A stretch of 49,891 bases of DNA, counting the filler, from Bipalium vagum (taxonomy: Eukaryota), in assembly GCA_037834085.1 (NCBI GenBank). It is 3 parts of 3 records of this genome, joined end to end, with 100 filler letters (N's around TTAATTAATTAA, not from the genome) between each part and the next. Parts side by side here need not be neighbours in the genome. Positions count along the whole stretch, not along the records: positions 1 to 16,248 come from JBBMKC010120607.1; positions 16,349 to 33,101 come from JBBMKC010095777.1; 1 more part is not named here. One strand, written 5' to 3'. Shown here in pieces: positions 12,398 to 25,169 of this stretch. The notes under the pieces were generated by a model that was given only the letters and a program-made list of their open reading frames with translations, was not told the DNA's origin and did not search any database. The first letter of the stretch is position 1; every line of letters starts with the position of its first letter. A program made the translations under genes and the position numbers.

Positions 12398-13068
12398 TGT
12401 TGAAACTATCGTAGCATTTATCGAAACAAAATTGTGATTTATTGACTTTCAATGTAAATAATAAAATAACATTAATAATAATAAATAATAAATTAATATA
12501 ATTTTAAAATTTTAATTACAGTCCCCGCAATTAGGAACAGAATATTTTAGAATGGAGCTTTTTACATTCAAATTAATTGGGGAATTTAAAGGAGATAGGG
12601 GAAATAGATTCTCTTTAACCGAGGACCTGGTTGGTCGGCTGTCCGAAAACCTCGACTATAAAAGAAAAGGAGCACATAAAATTTTGTTTAGATATTATTA
12701 TTGTTGTGGAGAAAAATGAGTTAAATTGTCGGAAAGAATCTTCTTTTACATTTATGCATGCATTCAACCGTCAAGCATTTTCAATGGGCCCTGTATAGTT
12801 CGGTCGTCTTTGGGCGATCTAAAGGTGCCTAACTGACGACTCAGGGACCCATTTAGTTTTTATCGTTGGTGAGTTTACATTTAATTTTTGTCATTGGTTT
12901 CTATGTCTGATTATCAGTTTGTAACAACCTTTAAATCATTTCTTGTTATTTTTTAGCTGAAAAAAGACTACATCTCAAGGATAGTACTTAGTAGTACTAA
13001 TAAAACTAAATCTGTTGTTTATTTTAATTTTAAACCACAAGTTCTAGTGTGAACTTGTGAGCTCAACA
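12398..13068 (+). mobile_element. Putative solo LTR (Gypsy-like)
   Basis: TGTTGA...TCAACA ends, CTATAAAAGAAAAGG at 12656, a long stem-loop at 12783-12852 and TG/GTGAGT at 12869. No TSD found. Confidence 0.5.
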
Positions 13069-13069
13069 G

Positions 13070-13640
13070 GTCTAGTTCGGGGATAACATGGAAAAGCAAA
13101 TCGAATAATTCTGAAAATGTTTGTTACATTGAACATATACATCGAAATATAAACAAAACCAGGGTATTTTTCAATCATAAGTAATATAAACATAGTAGTC
13201 TGTGAAATGTTGATGGAACAAGAACAAAAATGTTTATATAAGATTGTGACAGATGAGAAGTCGATTTATTATCAGAATCCCAAACATGTCTTGATCTGGG
13301 TCAAAATTATAAATGATGAAGCTGATCCAAAGATTGATTACTATACGTTCAGTATATACCAAAATGCATGGTAAATTAATTTTTCTCCACGACAACGCAT
13401 CGTCACATACTTCAAAAGATTTCCTAACCATATTAAAATATCTAGCCTTGTAAGTACTCACCAACAACAATTTTCACCAGACCTTGCTCCTTCAGAACTC
13501 TATTTCTTCCAGTCGATGGCACATGAAAGAAATATGTAGTTAACAATGGACATTTCTTTGAACAAAATATTCTATGGATCATTTGAAAAGAACGTATTTT
13601 ATCTGTTAAAAAACTCCGCATTACTTACCGGTACACCACA
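13070..13640 (+). mobile_element. Degenerate mariner fragment
   Basis: IVT-DEKSIYYQNPK, FLHDNASSHTSK and FSPDLAPSELYFFQSMAH in broken frames. Confidence 0.85.
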
Positions 13641-15199
13641 ACTAATAACAATAATACTTATAATCAATATTTTAATTAACTGATCAGTAATCATCATTAA
13701 TTACTTCATGTATTCTTTCTCCGGTGAATAATCATAGTATTTTTATTTTTCATCAAGCACACATCGCATTAATATTAAGATCACATGCACACCTTGACCC
13801 ATAATTTATACATCCGCAGATTTTTAGAAAAAATACATTTTTCATTTAAATAAAAAATCAATTTCAAAAAGCTTTTTCGATTTTAAAATTAATTTCAATG
13901 TGAGCTAATCTATTTTTGCTTAAAAGACATGTGGTATTTAATATTTTTATTGAAAAAACTTCAATATAATCAATAGTTTAAATTATAATAAAAATTTTTA
14001 AATTCAAAATAAAAAAACTTATTTAATAATATATGTATAATATTATTATATTTAATTTATTATCGTTATGGTCAATAATAAATTCAATTATTTTAAAGAA
14101 ATCAATAAAATTAAATTAACAATAGAATTAAAATTATGTTAATTATTTTTCAATTTTTAATGTCTTTGATTGACAATTTAAAATAATTTATTTTATTTAA
14201 AACAATTAAAAATGTTTCGAAAACCGGTTCAAAGATAACAATATTTTTAGAAATTAACTTTTTTGTCGGTTCATTTTACATTTTTCGATACTTTATAATA
14301 CAGAAAAATATTTCAAGAATGAATTTTAAGAGAAAACTTTTTTCCGTGGTTATTAACATACATTTTTCAAAAAATAATTGAATTTTTATTATTTAAGAGT
14401 TTTTGTAAAATCAATATAATAATAAATTAACAAAATATCGGAAACCAATAATAAGTACCTGCAGAATATTACGAAATTTATTGTTTTCCACACATGCGAA
14501 CAGACACTGAATAAAAATAATTAAATATGGTCTCTTCCAAGGCAGAGAGAAAAACTTTATTAAAGGCAAATATAATCGATCAGTTTAAATAAGCTTCACT
14601 TTTAAAAATCTTTTTTCTCCAATCGGCAGTCAGATAAATGAATTAAAAAATATTTTAGGCAAACATTTTATTTTACATTTGAAAACCAATGGCAATATGA
14701 TTATCAGAAAATAGGAATAACTTCAGACTGAAGATCGATATTCAATCGGTTTCACCATAAAATAAAGTGAATGTGTAAATAATGAAACCTTGAATGCTTG
14801 GAGATGTAAGTTGTTCTTAGAAAAAAATTTCCAGACAATAAACAAATCTGAGTTGATATAGAAATCGATATTAGAAGTGTCAATGTGTTAAAATAGTTTA
14901 GATTCCAAAATTTCCAATGGTGTGGACATTGGCACATTCTTCAATTCACCATTTATGGAAATTTAACTAGAAAAAAACAATTTCATATTTCTTTTAAATT
15001 ACTTTTGTCAAAGTTGTAAGGGTTTTCCTGATTTTCAATATTGTAAGAAACCATACTGTAAATCAATGATAAATTAATACGGTTGATTAACGTAAGTAAA
15101 ATATATTTGATAGGCTAAAAAATACTTAGACTCTACCAGGAATAATGAATATATTAACATAAAATTTTGCAAATAAAATAATAATCATATATAGGCATA

Positions 15200-16170
15200 A
15201 AATGTGATCTTTTAAAAATATGTGTGTTTCCACTAGATATGATATATTAAAAAAAAGGTTTGAAAATGTAGAACTCCGAAGTGTGATCCGGTTTTTACTA
15301 CTGAAAGGATCTACCAATTATTAATGAACTGAAAGGGATATATGGTGAAGAAGTCCCATGTAGGGCGATTATCCATAGTTGGATCAGCGATTTTTCATCT
15401 GACCGTACAAGTGTTTATGAAGCATCCAAAAGTGGAAGACCAGACAAAATTAATGAAGAAATGATTACAAAATTGAAAGAAATTGTAAAAAAACTAAAAA
15501 TTATTCAAGCTCAGCTGCCTGAGAAGCTAAATATATGTAAAAGGACCACCAAGTTGCTTCTAGACCAAATTGGAGTCCGAAAGATATGTAGCAGGTTCGT
15601 ACCAAGACTTCTAACAGCCAAGATGATGGATAGACGAAAAATGGCCTGTGAAAGGAATCTTCATCTTCTGTATGTTAACGACAAAATATTTTAAGGAATA
15701 TCATAAATATAGATTAGACTATATATATATTCTAATATATTCTTTACTCTAAAAGAGAGTCAAAGGAATGGATTTTCCAGAATGAGAAGCCATCTAAAGT
15801 CTTGCGCCTGGAAATTTCGAATCGTAAATGTGCCATGTTGACCATTTTTGGGATAGAAAAGGCATCTTGAAGCTAGATTTCACTGTAGAAGTCATAAGTT
15901 TCACATCCAAGAAATCCCAAGAAACATTAGCAAAAGCTAGATTTGTGGAGCTGAACCATCCAACTTAATGTTCAGATCTCGCAACTAGTGATTTCTAGTT
16001 GTTCAACCATCTGAAGAAGCATATGCAAGGACAAAAATTTATTTCCAAGAATGGTTGATGAAATTCCTGATGGAGAAGGATCAAAATTTCTTTGAAATGG
16101 TCTTTAATGGAATGATCGACAGATGGAAAAAATGCGTCGATGGAAACGGCGGTTATATCAAGAAATGAAA
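15200..16170 (+). mobile_element. Degenerate mariner, related to the 39.8-41.8 kb copy
   Basis: SKSGRP, RKICSRFVPRLL, SKRESKEW, MLTIFWD-like, SDLATSDF*LFNHLK and RWKKCVDGNGGYIK. Confidence 0.88.
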
Positions 16171-16176
16171 CATATA

Positions 16177-16248
16177 CAGTCCCCGCCAAAAGTTTATGAT
16201 CACCTTTATTTGGCTATGCAAAATGAGAAATGTAGATCTTGCTGCGTG
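16177..16248. mobile_element. Tc1-type TIR truncated by the gap
   Basis: TA-CAGTCCCCGCCAAAAGTTTATGATCACC, a typical Tc1 terminus. Confidence 0.5.
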
Positions 16249-16348
16249 NNNNNNNNNNNNNNNNNNNNNNNNNNNNNNNNNNNNNNNNNNNNTTAATTAA
16301 TTAANNNNNNNNNNNNNNNNNNNNNNNNNNNNNNNNNNNNNNNNNNNN
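16249..16348. other. Artificial assembly linker (44N-TTAATTAATTAA-44N)
   Basis: Exactly 100 nt, with a central 12-mer giving stops in all six frames. An identical structure occurs at 33102-33201. Confidence 0.95.
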
Positions 16349-16380
<32 letters not shown>

Positions 16381-17339
16381 TAAAAGCCGATATCTGGAGA
16401 CGAAAAAATTATTTAATCGTTTTTTTAATTAAAAAGAAAATAAAATTTATTAAAACATATTAATATAATTTATTTGAAAATTAAACATTAATAAATTTAC
16501 TAATTTCTCAGAATCAAACGCCATTAAAACAAATAACGCCTGGTTTGTTTTAATTTATATTTTAATCATTTCTTGTTATCAGAAATGAGATCGTTATATT
16601 CAAATGAATTCGAGGAATAAAAATTATATTTTAGGAAAAGTTCCACAATTCTTTTTTATAATATTTTCTTTTGCTACTCATTCTCATCATACCGAAACCA
16701 GTTGATGGGAGACTCCGAAAATGTCTTGAGAACAGAAATAATTATTTCTCTATTTAAAAGTTTTATTGAAGAAATTTATTATGATTTATTTAAACAAAAA
16801 CCGTTGGTAACACTTGAACTTGAGTTTTTATAAATAAATATTTTTAAGCAAAGGAAATTCGACAATTATGCAATTATATAACTTAACCATGTTTTATTGG
16901 TTGATTAAAACAAACAAATATAATTGATCCTATGATAAGCGAATATTGTAGAGTTTTGTTGTTTTATTTCAATTTTTCCTCTGAGTACTTGTCATTTTCT
17001 CAAACTTTGCAATACCTAAATTGGTAAAACTTTTATATTCTTTTCAAAACAAAATATAAATATAAATAATAAAAATCTACGCCCATTGAAAATTCTATCT
17101 GCCAAACAATTGGATTCCAAGGTAAGACTTTGTTTTTGGAAAAATCGTTACATATGTTGATTGTTTTTTTAATTAAATCTCCAAACTCATTTTAATTCTT
17201 TGCGATTTTTTTTCTTTTTTTTCACCTTTTCCCCTTTAAAAAGGTATGCTGTGTGTAAATCAATAATAATTATTTCAAATTTATTCCAATTTTTTTAAAA
17301 TGGACAAAACGATGTGAAAAATCAATATATATTTACATA

Positions 17340-17580
17340 GAAAACTAACGTAATGAAAATTTAATAAAAATAATATAAATAAATATTATATATATATAAT
17401 ATAAATCATATGCATAAAACATAAATAATATATATAATATAAATATAATATAATATATAAAATATTATATATATATATACATAGAAAACTAACGTAATAA
17501 AAATATAATAAATAATATAAAATAATAATAAAAATATTATATAAATATAAGTATAAATATAATATAATATAATATATATT
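17340..17580. repeat. AT-rich low-complexity / degenerate tandem repeat
   Basis: Near-pure A/T, with a duplicated TACATAGAAAACTAACGTAAT unit (~17333 and ~17477). Confidence 0.8.
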
Positions 17581-17830
17581 AAAAGAAAGTTCGGGTGAAG
17601 AAAATTGATCAATAGATATTTTCATTTTTATGTAAGAAATTATTTTTTATTCATTCCGAAATTCGAAAATAAATAACGTTATTTTAAAAATAATAAATCA
17701 TTCAAATTTCGAGCAAAAATTTGGACTATTTTTTGTTTTAATTATCTAATCGACATCGAACCGAGAGTTTTCTAATAACTTTTACTTCTTATTTCTGAAA
17801 TGTTTTGCATTGAGGTCTCTCTCTACACAG

Positions 17831-19175
17831 TTTGGCGAATATTTGGACTCCCATGATTCCTATAGGGTCTTTTAAGAAGGAAGGGTCTTATCGGGGTAAT
17901 AGTCGCACAGAATTTGAAGGTATCGTTCAAATCTTGGAGGAGAGTAAAACCCGCACAGTTCCCAATTTTGACAATGGAAAAGGACGCCAAAACCATCCTT
18001 TGCCATCGAACGACTCCGGCGAAATCGAGTTCACAGGCCTAAACCAGAGTGCGAAAGTAATATTTTGCATTTTTTTATATAAAAAAAGAAAGAAAAAAAT
18101 GAATGTTGATCGATCTTATAAAGTCGAGGTTTTCGTTAATCTAATTCGACGGGTTTCTGCTCTTTAAAGCTCCAGATTTTCTAAAAGAATATTGAAATTT
18201 AAGAACCGATTTTGTTTTATTTTTATTTTTCATATTATTATAATACTATTTAAATATGAAGGTTTTGAATCGAAGTGTGACCTGATTACAGATTGATATT
18301 AGAGCAGGCTTTGAAAGTTTACTAAAATGAAATTTTACCATGTGAAAAATAATAAAATCGGAAACAAAAATGTTTTAAAATAAAAAATTATATATTATAT
18401 TTTCTATAATATTTTATAACTCAATAATAATTTCTTCAAGTTAATGTTATGAAATTTAAATAACTTCATTTTAGGAACATTTAAAAGAATGTTTAAAGTT
18501 TAATTAACAGTTTGAGTTAAAGAATAAAAAAACAAAGTATTAGGAACCGGAATGGGAACTATTACAAAACATGTTTATTGTGAAATAAACCTTATTATCT
18601 ATTGTGCTTTGACCTTGATGAATTTAATCGATAACGAAATCGATGTTAATTGAGCAATCACCAGGACACAGTGTTCTTTCTGTAATATGATATATAGATT
18701 TATTATAATTATTTTTATAAACACGGTCTTTATATTTAATTACTTAAATTGTGGCCTTAAATAAATTAAATTCAATAATTCTATCCATTATATATAAAAA
18801 TCAATAGATTTCTAATGTGTATTGATTAATTTACATAAGGTTATTTCAGCCAATGATATGACACCAGCGTCAACAATTGACTGAGAACTGATAAATAATT
18901 CGAAACATGTTTCAATAAAATTAGGACAATAACAAAATTTGTTTGAGTTTTGTGAAAATATATTTTTGAATGTAACAGTAACGATTTAAAACATTTTTAG
19001 TTTGTTCGATTATCAAATACGGCAACGGAAACAAATATACAAACCATCTTGCAGACAAAATGGGATCTCACTCATCCTACCCTTGTTATAAGCATTTTTG
19101 GAGGGGATTTCGAAAAGAAACGAAAACTGAAAATGATCATCAAGAAGGGCTTGTGGAAAGCTGCTGAAAGTGCAG
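17831..19175 (+). CDS. TRPM (melastatin) ion channel, N-terminal exons only
   Basis: Exon 17831-18056 (ATG at 17853; ...HPLPSNDSGEIEFTGLNQSAK/GT) splices in phase to 19001-19175 (FVRLSNTATETNIQTILQTKWDLTHPTLVISIFGGDFEKKRKLKMIIKKGLWKAAESAG/GT). This is the TRPM MHR1 pattern GxIxF...K(Y/F)VRLS...WxLxxPxLVISxxGG...KGLxKAA. A possible upstream exon has its donor at 17122 (AAG/GTAAG). Confidence 0.9.
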
Positions 19176-19439
19176 GTAAAGTGTAGAAATGTCTGTCATT
19201 TTTAAAGGGTTCTATTATTTTATATTTGTCAACAGCCCTTTCTTATTGTTAAGTTAGAAATTGGTTGTAATTTTTTAAAAAGATGTGGGATTTTTTAAGA
19301 AACCTTTAACTTAATTTTAACAAAAAGCATATTGATTTGTTACGTTTTTTCAATAACACAAGCTTTCGTGAGATTAATTAAATCAATTAATTTGGTATTC
19401 CTAATATTGGTAATCCTTAAAATGGTCGGCGTAAAATAT

Positions 19440-19833
19440 TTTAAAGTATTAAAAATCTTCTGGCACACATTTGGGACATCTGAGACGGTGTTCACATCTC
19501 ACCTTCACAAATTCATTTGGCGTGAAGGGCATAAGAACAATTCGATGTTTATCTCCTTTGTTAGTAGTCTTACCCGCCAGTGCAGTCTTTGAACTGTGAA
19601 AACTCATGAACTCTCTTTGATCTGACCTGATTTCAATTTTTAAGCCAATGTCAGTTGGTTCGATAAGGCAAGTAGAACTGAATGAATAACAACTAATAAA
19701 TCAATGAAAGAACAAATGTATTAATCAATGAAAATCAAAATAAGTTTTCTGATTTTGCTTTTAATTTTCACGAGAGTTCCCGATATTCGTTTCCGGATTT
19801 TTATCTTTCGATTTTTCAGCAATTCCGCTAACC
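19440..19833 (+). mobile_element. Merlin (IS1016/ISXO2-like) transposon 3' fragment
   Basis: Translation FGTSETVFTSHLHKFIWREGHKNNSMF matches the Merlin C-terminal G-x6/7-(Y/H)L-x-(E)F-x-WR pattern. A candidate terminus ...AATTCCGCTAACC (GG-starting TIR) lies at 19833. Confidence 0.65.
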
Positions 19834-20319
19834 TTTTTAACCAAATAGAAAAATAAATGCTCAACAATCTTTTTCCTATACAAAAATCTTGAACTTAAAA
19901 TATTCAAATTTAAAATTTTTCTCTAAAGCTCTTTACTAACACTTCAAAAATCGATTTTTAAAACGCTCTTAAAACTCTCAAGATATTTCAATTCCACATT
20001 ACTCTAAAATCGTTCGGACTCAGATTTGAAGATATTTTTTAATATTTTTAATAAAAAGTATGTTCTGAGTAAATTAAAGAATACTGATTGGTTGTAATTT
20101 TTTTAACTGTAATCAGTAATTAAAATTAACTTAATTAAAAATAAATAAAATTTAAACAAAAATTATAATTAAAAAATAATAAAAAATATTTCTGCAAAGC
20201 ACAATTAAGAAAAAAATCGTTTTATGAGAAAAAATATTTAAAGAAAATGAACAATAAGTGAAAAATATTTATTAGTCAGACTTTATGGCTGTGGTAATAT
20301 TTATTCCTAAAAATTTTAA

Positions 20320-20341
20320 ATATTATTATTATTATTATTAT

Positions 20342-20373
<32 letters not shown>

Positions 20374-20800
20374 TTATTGTCATTATTGTCATTATTATTA
20401 ATCAGTGATATTTAATTATTATTTTAATTATTATTTTAGATTTATTAATATAATTTTTACAATTTTTTTAACATTCAATTTTAAAAATAATTTTTAAATT
20501 TTTAAAATTTTTATTTTTAGAATTAAAAATTTCCATAAATATTTTCAGAATTATTAATTTAAATTAAAACAATCAGAAACCACAATAAGTAATTGACATG
20601 ATAAATATATTAATTTTTACAAATTATTTTTAATTTCTATTTTATTCCAGATAATATCTGCTTATTAATAAATTTTTAAAGAGAATTTTATTTTAACTAT
20701 TGCATTAAAATTATATAATATAATAATATAATAATATAATAATAATATAATATAATAATAATATAATATAATAATAATATAATATAATAATATAATAATA
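20320..20800. repeat. (ATT)n and (TAATA/TAA)n simple repeats
   Basis: ATT run at ~20320-20400 and TAATA/TAA run at ~20712-20800. Confidence 0.85.
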
Positions 20801-20903
20801 TAGAAATATTTTAACATAATAATATATTTGTTATGTAATAATCGCGTAAAAAACTGGTTTCGGGAGGCAAAGGGTTTGAATGCAAAGCATAAAAGTCACT
20901 GAC

Positions 20904-21449
20904 CTGTTCTCTGAAAGACGTTCGATCTAATTTGATGCCGAACCTGTTGCTGGAATCTCTCACCAGGACGACATCCCGAATTTCATCAATGGGATAATAG
21001 GAAATGGAATTCTCATGATCCATCAGTGACGGCTGGTTCACGTACTTTGATTCAAACAAAGAAATATTGTCTTCAGCCTCCAATTGATTTTCCTGTTTCA
21101 ATCGACGACAATATTGTTCAAAACGACAAATAAATAATTAATAATCATTATATTTAATTAATCGTCTATAATTTCAAATATTATCAAATAATAATTGATT
21201 GTTTTCCCTGAAGTGTCAACTATTAATTGATAATTCACGCTTTGATATCAGCTGCTATGACAATCTGACTTGGGTAAAATATTTTTTGTTTTATTGAAAT
21301 TTTTGTTTTAATATTGCACTGAATTTGCACCGAATTTTGGAAAAGGAGAATATTACATAAGTTCGTTATAAAAATAGAAGGAAATTGAACAACCGAAACA
21401 TAACATAGAGTAAATTTAAAAATTTAAGAGTTAAAATATAATAATAATA

Positions 21450-21482
<33 letters not shown>

Positions 21483-24400
21483 GTTATTATTATTATTGTA
21501 CGAATTATTATACGAATTATTATTTTACGAAGCCACATTTTGGTCGACCTTCACTGCTAATGAATGATGAATTGATAACAGCCTTGAAAGACAACCCTTC
21601 TTCAAGCTCACGCGATTTAGCCGTAGATGTTGGTGTATATCAATCAACTGACCTTAGACATTTACATCAACTCGATTTTATTCACAAAAAACTACGACAA
21701 GATATACACTACCTAAGCGAAGCGCAAATGATATATTTTGACAGTAACTGTTTGACCCATTTTAACAATTGTATGAAACCATGAATGTCCCACTAGACAT
21801 GCAAAATTACTTTCTTCGGGAGTAATCCTGGTTTAGGTTTATATAGCGGAACGTCTTTGCTTAGCCGTTGACTTATGTTGTCCGGATTGACATGGAGAAT
21901 CCATTTTTCATTTGCAGTCATCATGCGATCCAAAAATGAATATAATTTCTGTCTGGCAAGTAATGAAGACGAGATGGTAATTGAATGCAAAAGGTTATGT
22001 TGAAACGGTTTGTGCAGAATCCAAACTTTTCAATGAGCTTCAAATGGGTTAAGCCTGTTGCATGGTATTCTTCAAGAATTAGGCCTAACTCACGAAACAT
22101 CATCTTTGGATTACAGTCGATTTATCATCTCAAAGCAGCGTTGGTCAGTTCTTCAGGATGACCCAAACTTTGATACATTCTCAAGATCAAAATTATTTCC
22201 TCTGAAGCGAACAAGTCATTCACAAACTACCTTTCTAGACAAAATACTTGGATATTTTGGGCGGTCTCGAAACATTTGATCAGCGACAAAATTCGTGAAG
22301 CATCACTTTTCTAATGTAAAGGTCACGTGAGGACATGCTCTTCAAATTCATCTATTAGTTGAAATAAAATAATTTTAAAACCACGACTACACCACGGTTT
22401 ATTGATTATCTTATCTTATTAATGATGCAATAACCAAATGGCTTTATTAATGAAATAAGTCGGCAGAAACATTCCCAGCAACCTAATCTTAAAGATTTCG
22501 GTTATTTGATTAACAAGGATATTTTATGAAGAGATTATCCTCAGCTTATCTTTCCTTACGTAAATATTTTCTTCTCTTTCCCTGACATATTCATTATTGT
22601 CAGGGAAAGAAAAGACCCACCCGTCCTCCTGAATTATACCATGAAGCCTTTCAAGCTGTCAACTGACAGCCCTTGTCCTAGTGACAAATCGTTAATTGAT
22701 GCTAAATAAATTAATCATTATTTATTTCCGATGGGCCTGAGACCATTATCAAAAGCGTCGTCAGTAAATAATGAGATGTAAAATTTTCTTCGACAATCTC
22801 GGCCATTTTACCAAGCGACCCTTCGTTCGGTAATTTATGCAGCTCACAATGAATCCCTTTCCCATTACGGCTAATTAGATTTATTACAGAAATAATATCA
22901 GCAAAAATATTCGGACGAGTCCATCTCGTGAAAAACATAATTTTATTAAATTTTTAAATTTGGGTATTTACAAAAATTTTTTCCTTGGAGAAAATAAAAA
23001 TTTCATGATGTCATAAAACGTTCTCAGCAGCGACAGAACGAAAATTAAAGCATTATTTTATTTTTTTCACTTATACAACATTATGATATATTATATTTTA
23101 TGACGAGTTGTTATTGACATTTTCTCAGCCATAATAAATTTCTTTGGAGATTTCNNNNNNNNNNNNNNNNNNNNNNNNNNNNNNNNNNNNNNNNNNNNNN
23201 NNNNNNNNNNNNNNNNNNNNNNNNNNNNNNNNNNNNNNNNNNNNNNNNNNNNNNNNNNNNNNNNNNNNNNNNNNNNNNNNNNNNNNNNNNNNNNNNNNNN
23301 NNNNNNNNATAAAATATTAATTAATAACATTNNNNNNNNNNNNNNNNNNNNNNNNNNNNNNNNNNNNNNNNNNNNNNNNNNNNNNNNNNNNNNNNNNNNN
23401 NNNNNNNNNNNNNNNNNNNNNNNNNNNNNNNNNNNNNNNNNNNNNNNNNNNNNNNNNNNNNNNNNNNNNNNNNNNNNNNNNNNNNNNNNNNNNAACACTA
23501 GAAGTAATAGTAATATTAGTAATAACAATACTAATACTAATAAAATTAATAAAAAATAATATTATTAATAATAATGAATAGTCATACTAATAAATAAAAA
23601 TAATAATATTTAAAATAATAATAATTTAAATTAATAATAATTAAAAATAATAATACAAATAATAATATTAATATCATTGTAATAATTATAAAATAAACTA
23701 AAATAAAGAGACTTTAAAAAATTGTAAAAAAAAAATATTTTGTTTTAATTTATTCAAAAATATGAACAAACACTTTCGTTAATTTCTTAATTAATTAAAT
23801 ATTTTTTTAAAAAACACTGAAAAATTTTACATATTGGATTTCATCAGAGTAGCAAGTAACTTTATGAGGATTTTTTCAATTATTTACAAAACAATAATGA
23901 GAAAGGGAACGTACTTGCCAAATTGGTATGGAAAGGTAAGAGGGATTAAGTCGATCGCACAGTTAAAATTTCAAAATTATTATTGATTATTTTTCATTTT
24001 TACTTTAGTCTAAGGACAAAGAGAAAAATTATTCAAAAAGAATTTAGGTATTATGGATTTTTGCTTATATGACTTAGAAATTAATAATTTTTTCGGACAT
24101 TTTTCGGAATTTTTTTTAATTTTTTAAACATTTTCTGGGAATATTGCCATGATATCTTTTGCGAGTGAATGAATGTATCTGGATGTGTCCCTTGTCTTCC
24201 GGTCGTGCTGTCAGTACCACTTAAACTGTTTATCCTTTCAATCATTTGTTATGAGAGGGCACGTTTTCCCTTGGACATGTCTTCATCTACAGCAATCCGT
24301 TGCTGTTTTTGACTTCAGTAGCACTTGAAATGTCGGAGGTGCTACTAGAGCGCCTGCTATCTGTCGCTCTTCATGATTGTCAACATAAAGTCTCCCAGAA

Positions 24401-25128
24401 CCCTTCTTCCTATCAATTGTATCACGTTTAAAATACGTGTTCCTCAATTTTCTGGCATACTTCTTATTTACATTGAAAGCTTTACATCATTTTCCGACCA
24501 TATCTTATTCGAGCTCCACCTTTCTTATTTTGATCAATAATCTTCCATAATGCAATGTAAACAATAATTTGTGGTCGTCTGAAATATTTGTCATTTCAAA
24601 CGTTTTCCAAATTAAAACAAATGTCAATTAGAAATAAAACGATAAATCTAAATAAATATAAATTTTATTAAATCCAATTGTTTTATGGGTTGGAGCAAAT
24701 AATATGTTACGGGACTTTCATAATCTATATAATCCAAATGTTAAAAAATTTGAAGTTCAGGCATGTGAATAATATAAACAAAATAAATATTATTGAGACC
24801 AATTATTATATATTATTATATATATTATTGAGACCCTAACCCATAAAATAACATTTAATTAAGTCTATCTGAAGAAAGAACAAAAGATGATTAATATTCG
24901 AAATCTCTCTGACATTTATTGAATCTCATAAAAATATTTTAAAAAATTATTTATTTATTTATTTACAACAAAAACACTGCTCTTCAAAACAAAGTCCATC
25001 AGCTTCAATGGTTTCACGCCATCGATCTGCTAGCATTCTTATCTGGTCACAATATCGATTTCTTTGTTTTGATTCGAAAAATTCTTTACAAGCCACCCCA
25101 ATTTCAGCTCCAAATTTTGAGCATAAAC

Positions 25129-25169
<41 letters not shown>

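Noticed and set aside
12833-12880. CTGACGA as a hammerhead ribozyme core
   Set aside because: No downstream helix II plus GAAA. The motif is part of the GTCGTC/GACGAC stem.
16293-16304. Palindromic TTAATTAATTAA island inside N runs (also 33146-33157)
   Set aside because: Identical 44N+12+44N layout occurs twice. It is a synthetic six-frame-stop linker, not biology.
17386-17625. Tyr/Ile-rich ORFs on the minus strand
   Set aside because: Translation of AT-rich low-complexity repeat.
23091-23528. 145-aa ORF
   Set aside because: Mostly N gap.
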